Shown piece by piece: positions 36,089 to 45,897 of a stretch of 64,000 nucleotides of DNA. The stretch is from a virus. Lineage: Duplodnaviria > Caudoviricetes. The DNA lies in the IMG/VR virus record IMGVR_UViG_3300031134_000001, positions 64,001 through 128,000 of that record, one strand, 5' to 3'. Position 1 is the first letter of the stretch, and every line of letters begins with the position of its first letter. The position numbers and the translations under genes are program-made. Below the pieces are notes generated by a model. That model searched no databases. It saw only the letters and a list, made by a program, of their open reading frames with translations, and was not told where the DNA came from.

Positions 36089-36424
36089 TTAGCTGATGCG
36101 CGGCCAGCTATTGTGCGACTGTAGGATTTGTTCAACCAGGGCAAAGTCGGGCACAGTCATGGCCAACACATCTTCATGGAACTGGTTGGGGGATGTAAAC
36201 TGGTTGATACGCATGACCAACCAGTGGTATTGTCGCTTGACGGTTTGGGTGTCCAGGAAACTGAAGAAGTCTCCACGCCAACGATACGCGTCGGATGGAT
36301 CAATCAGAACGATCTGCGAATTGGTTTCTCGCAGAAACGTCATGTGATCTTCCAGCACGTTGCGAAACTCAGGATCATAGAAAATATCTGGTCCAGGATC
36401 AACCATCAGATTATTCAGCGCCAT
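36089..36424 (-). CDS. small virion protein, possibly T4 gp53/LysM-like baseplate wedge subunit (111 aa)
   Basis: YHWLVMRINQFTSP resembles the W-hydrophobic-N...P pattern of gp53/LysM-type wedge proteins; weak evidence. Confidence 0.5.
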   Translation of the reverse strand: MALNNLMVDPGPDIFYDPEFRNVLEDHMTFLRETNSQIVLIDPSDAYRWRGDFFSFLDTQTVKRQYHWLVMRINQFTSPNQFHEDVLAMTVPDFALVEQILQSHNSWPRIS

Positions 36425-36440
36425 TTTATCACCTTAACAA

Positions 36441-36471
36441 GCATTAGAAAATTGTAAGACTATATCACTAA
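36441..36471 (+). promoter_or_regulatory. phage early promoter for the nvRNAP beta/beta'/helicase operon
   Basis: GCATTAGAAAATTGTAAGACTATATCACTAA. Confidence 0.7.
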
Positions 36472-36536
36472 AACAGAGCAGAACGCTCCGATAAGTAACA
36501 AGAAGATAGTTTGTTTTATTTACAAAAAGGATCGGT

Positions 36537-38801
36537 ATGAGTTACAACCATTCACCAGCTGTGAGTTTTGATCCACCGCTTAACTACCGGGTTATCAAAC
36601 CTTCGCTCGTCGTACCGAACGAGCACTTCCCGCAGGGTGAAAGTGTCATGGCCATTAACATGGCCAACGCCGCGATTTCGGCGTCACGTAAACAGATGTA
36701 CGGTAACAACTTGGGTCAGATCGTGGTGGTGTGCGGTATGACCGAACGGATTATTCAGACAGGCATGGACACCCTGTTATCCGACACCACGTTCTCCCAG
36801 CGCATGCCGGCCAAAGGCCAGATCGTTGGTTACTTCCACCGCTATGAACGTAAAATCGGTGAGAATGCATTTAAGACCAGCCCACCGCAGTCGGTCGCCA
36901 TCTTCCGCTCGTTTGACGATAGCGTGGATTACGAGTACGGCTTGGTGAGCCTGTCAGACTACAGCGCTTACCATCCGTACCTGGGCTTTAGTTATGTCGA
37001 CAAGCCCGGTATCACGCAGCTTCGTATTGGTCATACGATCGAAAAGGACACGGTGTTCCGTGATTCGCCAGGTGTGTTGAATGATCCAGAAGACACCAGC
37101 GGCGACCATGACTACGCGTTCACCGTGACGATCAACGTGGCCATGATGGGCCTGCGCGATGTGGCTGAGGATGGTATCGTCATCGCCCGCGGCGCCCTGA
37201 AGAAGTTTGGCTTTGAAACGTTCGAACGCCATGTGGTGGAATTTGGTCAACACATGGTGCCCCTCAATCTGTACGGCGATCCAAACGATCCAACGGACTA
37301 CAAGATCTGTCCGGACATCGGTGAGAAGATCGGCAAAGATGGTTGCTTGATGGCGCTGCGTACGTGGCGGCCTGACCTGGCGATTGCAGAACTGAGTGTG
37401 AACGCCCTGCGCCGGATCGACTACATGTTCGACAAGAAGGTCATGGCGGACGGTGAAGTCATCGACATCAAAGTGCACCACGATCGCAACACCGGCCTCG
37501 TCGGCACTCCAGCTGCCATGGAGACGCAGCCACTGAAGTACGACGAAGGCCGTCGTGAGTTCCTCGGCAAGATCTATCGCTGGTGGACTGACATCGTCAA
37601 GGATCTCGGACGTGATCCAATCCTGCAGCCGCAACTGCACAACCTGATCATCGAAGCCATCTCGGTGGTCAATCCTAACCAGGACAACAACACGGTCGTT
37701 AAGGTCCACAAGAAAACCCGGATCGACGACTACCGCATGGAGTTCACCATCCGGCACCGGATCGTGCCGAACATGGGCAACAAGTTCACCGATCTGTTTG
37801 GCGGTAAGGGCGTGGTCGTGTCCATCTGGGAAGATGAAGACATGCCGGTTGATGCAGACGGCAATCGTGCAGAAATGATCTTTGACCAAGCGGCTGTGAA
37901 CAACCGCATGATTCCTGGTCGTCTGTACGAGCACATCATCAACGGCAGCGCCCGTGATGTGTACCGCAAGATCGTGCGTGCTTTGGGCATTCAGGACATG
38001 CGCCGTCCAGCACAGATCCGTCAGGACCTGATGCGCATCCAAGCCGAGCAGCCAGAGCTGTTGTCCAAAGCGTGGGAATATCTGCTGGGCTTTTACGAAG
38101 TCACCGTGCCTAAACAAGCCGCGATCTTCCGTAACTGTGACTTCGGCGCCAGTCCGCTGCAGCACCTGTCGTACATCATGTCGAAAGGGCATACTGTTCT
38201 GTACATGCGTTCGGACCATCCACTGATGCTCAAGAACATGGTGTCGGACATCGAGCGGCTGTATCCATCGACGTTCGGTCCTGTGTACTACCGCGGTGCT
38301 TCGGGCAACCATGTCTGGACGGAAGAGCCTGTGCGTATCGCACCGTTGTCGATCATCATGCTGGAAAAGATCGCCGACACAGGTTCTGCTGTATCATCGA
38401 CCCGTCGTCAACATGCTGGCGTGCTTGCAACCCTGAGCAACGCCGACAAGTACTCCGAGCGTATCCGTAACCAGCCGACCAAAGCGTATGGTGAATCGGA
38501 AATTCGCATCGTGATTTCGTACTCGGGTACGTTGACAGCTGCCGAGATCCTCGATCGCAACAACAGCATCGAGTCACACAAAGCGATGTGCTGGAGTATC
38601 TTCGAGTCGACGCACCCAACCCGCATCGCGCGTGCTGTGGATCGTAATGTCATTCGCTTGGATGGTTCCCGTTCCTTGCAGACGGTGAATCACGTGTGGG
38701 CATGCTCGGGTATGGAAATGGCGTGGGATAACTATCGCCCAACCCATCCAGCGCACCACGCGATGCACAACATCCATGAAAGCGTTCTTAAAGCTGCGTA
38801 A
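36537..38801 (+). CDS. non-virion RNA polymerase beta C-terminal subunit (phiKZ gp71-73-like), uninterrupted
   Basis: EDGIVI, GNKFTDLFGGKGVV (equivalent to GDK...HGNKG), MLEKIAD and YGESE motifs. Confidence 0.9.
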   Translation: MSYNHSPAVSFDPPLNYRVIKPSLVVPNEHFPQGESVMAINMANAAISASRKQMYGNNLGQIVVVCGMTERIIQTGMDTLLSDTTFSQRMPAKGQIVGYFHRYERKIGENAFKTSPPQSVAIFRSFDDSVDYEYGLVSLSDYSAYHPYLGFSYVDKPGITQLRIGHTIEKDTVFRDSPGVLNDPEDTSGDHDYAFTVTINVAMMGLRDVAEDGIVIARGALKKFGFETFERHVVEFGQHMVPLNLYGDPNDPTDYKICPDIGEKIGKDGCLMALRTWRPDLAIAELSVNALRRIDYMFDKKVMADGEVIDIKVHHDRNTGLVGTPAAMETQPLKYDEGRREFLGKIYRWWTDIVKDLGRDPILQPQLHNLIIEAISVVNPNQDNNTVVKVHKKTRIDDYRMEFTIRHRIVPNMGNKFTDLFGGKGVVVSIWEDEDMPVDADGNRAEMIFDQAAVNNRMIPGRLYEHIINGSARDVYRKIVRALGIQDMRRPAQIRQDLMRIQAEQPELLSKAWEYLLGFYEVTVPKQAAIFRNCDFGASPLQHLSYIMSKGHTVLYMRSDHPLMLKNMVSDIERLYPSTFGPVYYRGASGNHVWTEEPVRIAPLSIIMLEKIADTGSAVSSTRRQHAGVLATLSNADKYSERIRNQPTKAYGESEIRIVISYSGTLTAAEILDRNNSIESHKAMCWSIFESTHPTRIARAVDRNVIRLDGSRSLQTVNHVWACSGMEMAWDNYRPTHPAHHAMHNIHESVLKAA

Positions 38802-38852
38802 CTAAAGAAAACACGCCCTGTCACCTAGGGCGGTAGTTCTAGGAAAGAAAAG

Positions 38853-40982
38853 ATGCCTACAGTATTAAAACGTTACGATGCTCGTTATTTTCTGCGCTTT
38901 GATCCAGAAGATCTTTGGAACTGGATCACAGGCCCGTTTATTCTCGTGATGGATGATAAGGAGGAGATTGAAACCAACCACGTAGAGACTTGCTACAGCA
39001 GCTACGCGTGGGACTTCCACCGTAAGTATCCCAACACCCCGCTCTTGGCTGAGCACCACATCCGCGGTATTTTGAAGTGGGACAAGAAGACCGGCATCGC
39101 TGGTCGCTTGTCAATCGGCGCTGATCTGGAACTGTTCGGCAACTGCATGATGTCGAGCTGGGAAGCGTACTTTCGCACGCCAGAGAAGATCAACCGCGTA
39201 ACACTCTGGCGCGACATGGCCGAAGCAATGAACCGGCATTACTGTCACTTCATCAAGTTCGCCGATCGTTACGTGGGTACGCTGGACATTCTGCACTTCC
39301 ATGAAGCAATGGACGATGAAGAGATCTACGCAGCGAACTTGGCAGTGCAACGTGGGGAAATCCAGATCCACGAAGTCTACGCCATCATCGACCGGGTCTT
39401 TAAGAAATCCAAGCGTTTGATGCACAACCCACTCGTGCGCGAGTATCGCTCCAAGCTGCTCAAGCAAACCCAGGTGCACCAGAACATCGGACCACGTGGG
39501 CGGCCTACCGACATGAACTCACGCATCTTCGGCCACACCATCTTGACCGGGTATGTCGAGGGGATTAACCGGATTGCTGAGTCGGCCATTGAAACACGCT
39601 CGGCAGCACGCGCTTCGTACTACGCGGCGGAATCGCTGCGCATGTCCGAGTACTTCTCGCGCAAGTTGCAGTTTGTCTCGCAAAACGTGTGCAACATCCA
39701 CCAGGACTGCGATTGCGGTTCGACCAAGTATCTGGAATGGAAGGTGCGTGACCGTAAGATCGATGAGCAAGGTGATGAAGTTCGGCCAAGCGATCTGATT
39801 TTACTTAACGGTAAGTACTATCTTAATGAGAGGACCGGCGCATTAGAGCCGATCCGGCCTGACTCGTTCCATCTGCTCGGTCAAACCGTGCGGGTACGCT
39901 CGACGTTGTATTGTGCGCATCCCGATCCTGTCGGCGTGTGCTCAACATGTTTCGGTGAATTGGCGTTTAACGTGCCACCTGAAGCGAACATCGGGCAGTG
40001 GTGCGCAACAACGATGGCAGAGCAAGCAACACAGGCTCTGTTGTCCGCGAAGCATTTGGAGCGTTCTAGCGCGTTGGAGCGGATCGAGATCGATCCACGC
40101 TGGACGAACTATATCGCAGGCGGGCTGAACAATTCGTCGTATGTGCTGTCCAAAGCCATCGAAGACAAAGACGTGAGCATCATCTTGCTGCGTAGTCAGG
40201 TTGAAAGCCTGCACGACATCAAGAGCGTCGAAGACATCGAAGAGCATCCGGAAGAGCACTACAGCGAACTGACCATGCTCAACATCAAGATCGCCGAAGG
40301 GTTGGATACCCCGATGGTGCCTACCCCTGGCAGCAAGAACAAGGTTGTTGGTGGTGGCGGCATTGTGGGTGTCGAAGTGGGTACGGCTGGTAGCCGGGAA
40401 GCTAGTTTGTCGTACGAGATGCTGAACTACATCCGTGAACATGGCTACCGGACTGTGTCGTTGTCGGAAGGTCAGGTTCGTGCGGGTCAACGCAATGAAG
40501 ACCGCTACGAAATCGACATGGTGAACTGGAACTGGGATGATCCTATCCTGGTGATGCCGGCCAAACACTTCAACAACTCCGACCACGTGGATCAAGTGGC
40601 GCGCCGACTGGAGTCGCGTGTGGAAGAGATGCGCAAACGATCGCGTATCGACACTGCCGATAAAATGGTCTTGGACTTGTTTAACTTCGTGAACATGAAG
40701 CTGAACGTGAACTTGTCGTGCTTGGAAGTTATCTTGTACGCCACCATGATCATCTCGGCAGAGGACAACGACTACAGTCTGCCAAAACCGTGGACCACAT
40801 CGCAACCGTCGGTGTTGTCCATGACGATGAAGGGACGGAGTTTGTCGGTGTTGATGGCCTTCGAGAAGCAGTACGAAGCGCTGATCGATCCGAGCAGCTT
40901 CATCCACACCAATCGTTTGAACCATCTGTTTGACGGCATCTACACGCCAACTCACGTATATGGACAAACACAACTAGAATGA
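38853..40982 (+). CDS. non-virion RNA polymerase beta' C-terminal subunit (phiKZ gp74-like)
   Basis: Bridge-helix-like SEYFSRKL, DCGS, RSTLYC...CSTCFG zinc site, trigger-loop-like IGQWCATTMAEQATQ. Confidence 0.85.
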   Translation: MPTVLKRYDARYFLRFDPEDLWNWITGPFILVMDDKEEIETNHVETCYSSYAWDFHRKYPNTPLLAEHHIRGILKWDKKTGIAGRLSIGADLELFGNCMMSSWEAYFRTPEKINRVTLWRDMAEAMNRHYCHFIKFADRYVGTLDILHFHEAMDDEEIYAANLAVQRGEIQIHEVYAIIDRVFKKSKRLMHNPLVREYRSKLLKQTQVHQNIGPRGRPTDMNSRIFGHTILTGYVEGINRIAESAIETRSAARASYYAAESLRMSEYFSRKLQFVSQNVCNIHQDCDCGSTKYLEWKVRDRKIDEQGDEVRPSDLILLNGKYYLNERTGALEPIRPDSFHLLGQTVRVRSTLYCAHPDPVGVCSTCFGELAFNVPPEANIGQWCATTMAEQATQALLSAKHLERSSALERIEIDPRWTNYIAGGLNNSSYVLSKAIEDKDVSIILLRSQVESLHDIKSVEDIEEHPEEHYSELTMLNIKIAEGLDTPMVPTPGSKNKVVGGGGIVGVEVGTAGSREASLSYEMLNYIREHGYRTVSLSEGQVRAGQRNEDRYEIDMVNWNWDDPILVMPAKHFNNSDHVDQVARRLESRVEEMRKRSRIDTADKMVLDLFNFVNMKLNVNLSCLEVILYATMIISAEDNDYSLPKPWTTSQPSVLSMTMKGRSLSVLMAFEKQYEALIDPSSFIHTNRLNHLFDGIYTPTHVYGQTQLE

Positions 40983-42526
40983 GCTTTGCAACCATAACTG
41001 TTGGTAGTCACCATTTCGTGGTTACCAACATACATGCGCGCGTTAGGGCGGTCTGCCGTGAATTCTCTCGTCCACTCATTGTGTACAAGAAAGAATTCGC
41101 GGGCTATGGCCGCCCTAAGATTATCGTCATGGACAAGATCTACGCGGGAGCAACCGTGTCGCGTAGTGAACATCGTTACCACATCAACCATCTGGAGGAG
41201 TTCAAGAAGTTGTTGTACCGTCACCAGCTGGAAGGTGAGGGACTGATCGAATGGAACGAAATCCCGCCGTACGTACCTGACCCGATGGAACTGGAGATTC
41301 GTTCTCACTTTATTCCTACCCCGGATCAAGACGAGGCGATTAACTACATCTTGCAAACATCCCGCCCGAACAACAAAGCTGTCATCATGCAAGCTGGCGG
41401 GGGCAAGACCTTGACCACCATGATTGCCGCCGCCAAGCAGGGTGAGCGGATGGTGATCATGCTGGAAGCGCGTTACATCGGTCAGTGGTTAAAAGCGTTT
41501 GAAGAGAACTGCATCATCAAGAAAAAACGCATCGCTGTGATTCAAGGCAGTAAGTCGCTTAAAGCATTGATGTTCATGGCCGACGAAGGGAACATTCCTT
41601 ACGACGCTATTATCATTAGTGCGACCACGTTCGCAGGTTACATCAAGGACTACGAGGAGCACGAAGGTCAACTTGAGGCGATGGAAGGTTATCCATTCCC
41701 GCCGCAAGTCTTCTACGAGAAAGTCAAGGCAGGTCTACGCGTGATCGATGAAGGTCACGAAAACTTCCACTTTGTTTTCAAACAGGATCTTTATACCCAC
41801 GTCAAAAATTCGGTGGTTCTATCGGCGACGTTGTTTAACGATGAACCGTTCTTAAACAGCATGATGAAGTTGGCCTATCCGACGGCTGATCGGTTTGACA
41901 AAGGCGGCTTTAACAAGTACGTGCACGCGTACTCCCTGCATTACAGCATGCGGGCACCACGCGAGATTAAATGCCAAGGCAGTATGGGCTACTCGCATGT
42001 GGAGTTTGAAAAGAGTATACTCAAGTCGAAAGAGAAGACGCTAGCGTACTTCCGTATGGTGCGTGAAAGCATGCGCTATACGTACGAGTTTGATTATCGA
42101 CAGGGCGATCGGTGCTTGGTGTACTTCGGCACGATCGACATGTGTACACGCTTTACTGAGTTCATCCAGAAAGAGTTTGCGCATCTTCGTGTCGAGCGTT
42201 TTGTGGAAGACGATCCACTAACGAATCTGTTAGAAGCTGACATCAGTGTTTCGACATTGAAGTCGGCGGGTACGGGTAAAGATATCGCCATGCTCACCAC
42301 CGTGATCATGACGCCAGCTGTGAACGCATCACCGTCGAATATTCAAGGCTTTGGTCGCTTACGTGACTTGAACCGGAAAGATCCGACGTTGGGACGTCGC
42401 ATGCACTTCGTGTATTTCTGCTGCGACGATATCTTAAAGCACCTGGATTACCACGAGCGCAAGAAAGAGTTGTTACGCACGCGTGCTTTGCATTACGAGC
42501 CGCGGTATTTCGGTACGTTAATTTAA
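40979..42526 (+). CDS. SF2 (DExH) helicase, phiKZ gp75-like
   Basis: Walker A AGGGKT, Walker B DEGH, motif III SAT, motif VI QGFGRLR. Confidence 0.9.
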   Translation: MSFATITVGSHHFVVTNIHARVRAVCREFSRPLIVYKKEFAGYGRPKIIVMDKIYAGATVSRSEHRYHINHLEEFKKLLYRHQLEGEGLIEWNEIPPYVPDPMELEIRSHFIPTPDQDEAINYILQTSRPNNKAVIMQAGGGKTLTTMIAAAKQGERMVIMLEARYIGQWLKAFEENCIIKKKRIAVIQGSKSLKALMFMADEGNIPYDAIIISATTFAGYIKDYEEHEGQLEAMEGYPFPPQVFYEKVKAGLRVIDEGHENFHFVFKQDLYTHVKNSVVLSATLFNDEPFLNSMMKLAYPTADRFDKGGFNKYVHAYSLHYSMRAPREIKCQGSMGYSHVEFEKSILKSKEKTLAYFRMVRESMRYTYEFDYRQGDRCLVYFGTIDMCTRFTEFIQKEFAHLRVERFVEDDPLTNLLEADISVSTLKSAGTGKDIAMLTTVIMTPAVNASPSNIQGFGRLRDLNRKDPTLGRRMHFVYFCCDDILKHLDYHERKKELLRTRALHYEPRYFGTLI

Positions 42527-42589
42527 ACGGCATAAGTCCCTCTCTACCCTTCGGGGTAGAGAGGTTCTTTATGATGTCTATTTTTTTTT
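42526..42589. terminator. bidirectional terminator
   Basis: AACGGCATAAG...CCTCTCTACCC-TTCG-GGGTAGAGAGG...TTTATGATGT followed by T9. Confidence 0.8.
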
Positions 42590-42595
42590 GGTACT

Positions 42596-43051
42596 TTACG
42601 AGCGATAATCGGGACAATACACCGTCACAGTCATGCTCGTATCTTTGAGGAGTTCTTCGATCAAAGGTTTTACCTCACGATCAAAGTCAAGCCCTCCTTT
42701 ACCACAACCTAGTGCAGGCAGTGCCACACTTTCAATGTCATTGCGCACGCACCAGTCCAGTAGTTTCAGTAATCCATCGCGAACAATGTCCACAGAAGAA
42801 TCATTCCACCACCGCACTTTGGTGTGCAAGCAATACACCACAAAGCCATCAGCTCTAAATAAGAACGGAAACATCTTCTCAGGCGCATGCTTCTTACAGT
42901 GCACACGAAACCGATCGAAGAATCTAGGCACTCGCATACGAAACGCATACGCTAGACCATTTCCCATCACGCCGCCGGCGTTGGTAGGACAGACCAGCAC
43001 TTGGGCAGTATCCTTAAAGATGTCGCCCCGTTCAATATAGCGAATACCCAT
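42596..43051 (-). CDS. macrodomain ADP-ribosylhydrolase (DarG-like)
   Basis: GDIF, VCPTNAGGVMGNGLA and ALPALGCGKGGL are canonical macrodomain motifs. Confidence 0.85.
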   Translation of the reverse strand: MGIRYIERGDIFKDTAQVLVCPTNAGGVMGNGLAYAFRMRVPRFFDRFRVHCKKHAPEKMFPFLFRADGFVVYCLHTKVRWWNDSSVDIVRDGLLKLLDWCVRNDIESVALPALGCGKGGLDFDREVKPLIEELLKDTSMTVTVYCPDYRS

Positions 43052-43060
43052 GTCACCCCC

Positions 43061-43501
43061 TTAGTTCACACGCATAGCTGCTTGCATCTTCTCAAGCTCA
43101 CTCGCAGTATGTGCCTCTTGGGTATTTTTCTTCCGTCGACGCTTTTCTGCAATGCGCCGGATCATCTCCAGTTCATGACGTGGTTTGCTGATGTAAGCAT
43201 CCCATTGCATATACTGGAAAATCTCTAAATCAAGGAAGTGTTCGAAATGGTCTTCTAAGAGCGTCCCGACGTAAGCATCTTCGGCAGGACGCAGCTTAAC
43301 CAAGGAAGCTGGGTTTAACGTCAACTCATCTTTGGTGGCCAGACCATAACGAACCAGATAGGCTTTGTGAAGTAACTGGGTTACCTGCACTGCACTTAAC
43401 CGCCCGCGGTGCGCCAGCTCTGGCTGGATAGCACTTAAGAACACATCGATCACGAGTGTCAGATCCGTTTGGAACTCGGCCCCGAAGTTCGGGTGACACA
43501 C
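43061..43501 (-). CDS. conserved hypothetical protein; possible frameshift (GT-type) extension of the upstream gene
   Basis: GTG start without an RBS; its frame stays open upstream through the T7 run at 43562-43568. Confidence 0.65.
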   Translation of the reverse strand: MCHPNFGAEFQTDLTLVIDVFLSAIQPELAHRGRLSAVQVTQLLHKAYLVRYGLATKDELTLNPASLVKLRPAEDAYVGTLLEDHFEHFLDLEIFQYMQWDAYISKPRHELEMIRRIAEKRRRKKNTQEAHTASELEKMQAAMRVN

Positions 43502-43515
43502 GTGACTGATGACGT

Positions 43516-45078
43516 CTATGGACGCTGACGGATTTGTTGGATCTTTTGGTAAAGGAGGCTGAAAAAAACAGACACCGGGTCGATAGGGATGATGTTCTCG
43601 AACCGTGGCAGGACTTTGTCGCTTTCATCGACGTGCACCTGCGGCACTGCAACGATCGAGACCATCGAGTCGTTGATGTATTGCTGCACTGCCTTGTAGT
43701 ACTTGTCGCGCACCACGTCGTCGCTCGACATGTTCGAGATCGTCATCTCCAGCGTGGGCCGGTCGACGATCTGCTTGCCCAACTTCGGCATGTCGATGCT
43801 TTCGATCCAGTGAACATACTGACGCATCGACGTGGCTTTGGCACGATCGTAGATCATGTCATTGCGTTGCTTTTCCGTCAGGTCTTGCGCGAACGCGTTC
43901 GTGACAGACTGCACCAGTTCATCCACCCAGCGCTGACCCGAGTTGAGGTATTCGTCAACGCTTGGCGTACGCAGCGTAATGCCGACTTCGTCGCTGAGCA
44001 TGATCGTTCGACGCTTGCCGACGACGAAGTGATCGCGGTAGATCGGCAGCGATGCTGGGTTCATCGAACCGGTAACGCGCTGCGCCATGTGACTGACTTG
44101 CCAGTCGTTCAGGCAGTTGCGATCGGTGTACAGGCACGTGCCCACGTTCAGCAGTTCCCGCACCACGGTGGTTGCTACGCCACGCGCGTCGAGCAGCGCA
44201 CGTTCGAACTGGAAACCTTTCGGATACACAGCCGCAGCCAAACCCCAGGCAATTGCTGGGATGTCCATGGCGTTGATCGCGCCGCGGATCTTGTCGGTAG
44301 TGTTAAAACCGGCGACCGTGGTTTCGAACATGCTGCGCATGGCCAGATCAACGATCGCGCTGTTGGTTACCACCACGTGGTTGGCGAACGTCAGGCCGTT
44401 GGTCGAACGACCGAAGTTGATCTTGTTGTCGCTGATGTGTTGCAGGGCGTCGAGCAGTTCGATTTCACCCGGCGACTTGACCGTGATCCAGAAGCCCGAA
44501 TGCCAGAGTGGGATCTGGACGATCGAGCCACGACCCAGCAGAGCACTCACGCGCAGCATAGCGCGCTCGCCGGTCAACAGAGGACCTTCATCCCCGCCGA
44601 ACTTGGGTGTTGCCAACGACATCGCACGACCGCCATCCACAGGCGAAATTTGCTGTTGCCAGTTGGCGCCTTCACGCTTGGCTGCCGGCAGGGCGTTGTC
44701 GTGGAACGAACCGTGGTTAATGCCGAGCGATACCGATTCTGCCCAGTTTTCACCCTGTGCGCTGTCGACCATGCTGGCTGCGTGCGGGTTCGTCTCGCCG
44801 TAGTTCAGCGTACGTGCCACGGTGTCGGGCGGCAAAGCGATGGTGGTCGCCAGATCATCCCACTGGTCGCCCAGCACGCGGTAGTACGGCGTGGTGATCG
44901 TGGCGTTGTTCAGTGGTTCTGGCGCAGGCCAGCTAAAGCTGCTTTCTGCATCGCCTTCAGGCGCATCTTCAGCGGGAATGCCAGCCGGTGCTGACACGGG
45001 CGACGACAGATCGATTTCTTCGAGTTGCGCTTCGGTCGACACAGCGACCGGTGCTTTATCAGGATCGTTAATTTGCAT
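43516..45078 (-). CDS. conserved phiKZ gp77-like protein, possible tail/baseplate assembly chaperone (520 aa)
   Basis: Long ORF with an acidic disordered N-terminus; function inferred from the slippery-site architecture. Confidence 0.75.
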   Translation of the reverse strand: MQINDPDKAPVAVSTEAQLEEIDLSSPVSAPAGIPAEDAPEGDAESSFSWPAPEPLNNATITTPYYRVLGDQWDDLATTIALPPDTVARTLNYGETNPHAASMVDSAQGENWAESVSLGINHGSFHDNALPAAKREGANWQQQISPVDGGRAMSLATPKFGGDEGPLLTGERAMLRVSALLGRGSIVQIPLWHSGFWITVKSPGEIELLDALQHISDNKINFGRSTNGLTFANHVVVTNSAIVDLAMRSMFETTVAGFNTTDKIRGAINAMDIPAIAWGLAAAVYPKGFQFERALLDARGVATTVVRELLNVGTCLYTDRNCLNDWQVSHMAQRVTGSMNPASLPIYRDHFVVGKRRTIMLSDEVGITLRTPSVDEYLNSGQRWVDELVQSVTNAFAQDLTEKQRNDMIYDRAKATSMRQYVHWIESIDMPKLGKQIVDRPTLEMTISNMSSDDVVRDKYYKAVQQYINDSMVSIVAVPQVHVDESDKVLPRFENIIPIDPVSVFFSLLYQKIQQIRQRP

Positions 45079-45090
45079 GACGGCGCCTGA

Positions 45091-45660
45091 TTAGATTGCT
45101 GGGGTTTCGTACGAACTGGCCGATGGGACCGGTGGCTGCGTTTGAGCGGCTGCCGAAGCTTGCGCTTGTTGAATGACAGCGTTGCTGGCGGTGGCCGACG
45201 CGATTTGATTGACCTGGGCTTGTTCCTTGGCACGCAGAGCGTATTGCAGATTTTCGTCCAGTTCGAACATGACCGGCATGATGTTTTGCTGGTGCACGTT
45301 CAAATACATGATGTAACTTTGTTGCAGTTGCATCAGGGTATAGTGGACATCTTCGTCCTTTGGGTCAGGCCAGCCGGTCGTGTGGGCATGCTGGCGATGA
45401 ACTGCGGCGGTCTTGGCCAGCAGATCTTCGATGTCGACCGACATGCCGCGCAGCAGACCTTCGGTGCGGGTACGGTTTTTCAGGTGTGGAACGATTTCGT
45501 CGTGCGAGACCAGCTCGATCATGCGAGCGTACTGGGAGAACATGCCGCACTGTTGGGCATACATGTCGTTCAGGACTGCATACATGCTCTGCACGCCTTG
45601 TGCTTGAGCGTTCTTGGCGACTGCATCACGCTGTTGGCGTGCTTTGGATTTCTGTGTCAT
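45091..45660 (-). CDS. hypothetical coiled-coil protein (189 aa)
   Basis: ATG 45660 after GGAG on the minus strand (preferred over TTG 45741). Confidence 0.75.
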   Translation of the reverse strand: MTQKSKARQQRDAVAKNAQAQGVQSMYAVLNDMYAQQCGMFSQYARMIELVSHDEIVPHLKNRTRTEGLLRGMSVDIEDLLAKTAAVHRQHAHTTGWPDPKDEDVHYTLMQLQQSYIMYLNVHQQNIMPVMFELDENLQYALRAKEQAQVNQIASATASNAVIQQAQASAAAQTQPPVPSASSYETPAI

Positions 45661-45897
45661 TTCTGTAAACTCCGAATACTTCAATTGGAAAAACGCGCGT
45701 GAGACCCGCCAAGTCTCTGGAAAAGCCTTTACGTAAGGCAACTGTCAGACGATGGCAAGCAGTAGATATTTTTTTACAAATTGAGATTTAGCATAAGAAC
45801 GAATGCACAAACCCAAAGGATGTGGAACAAAGTCCCAATCATTTGACAATACCCAACGAGTAATCGAACGGTAATCCCTTTTCTTTCCACCTTTAGG

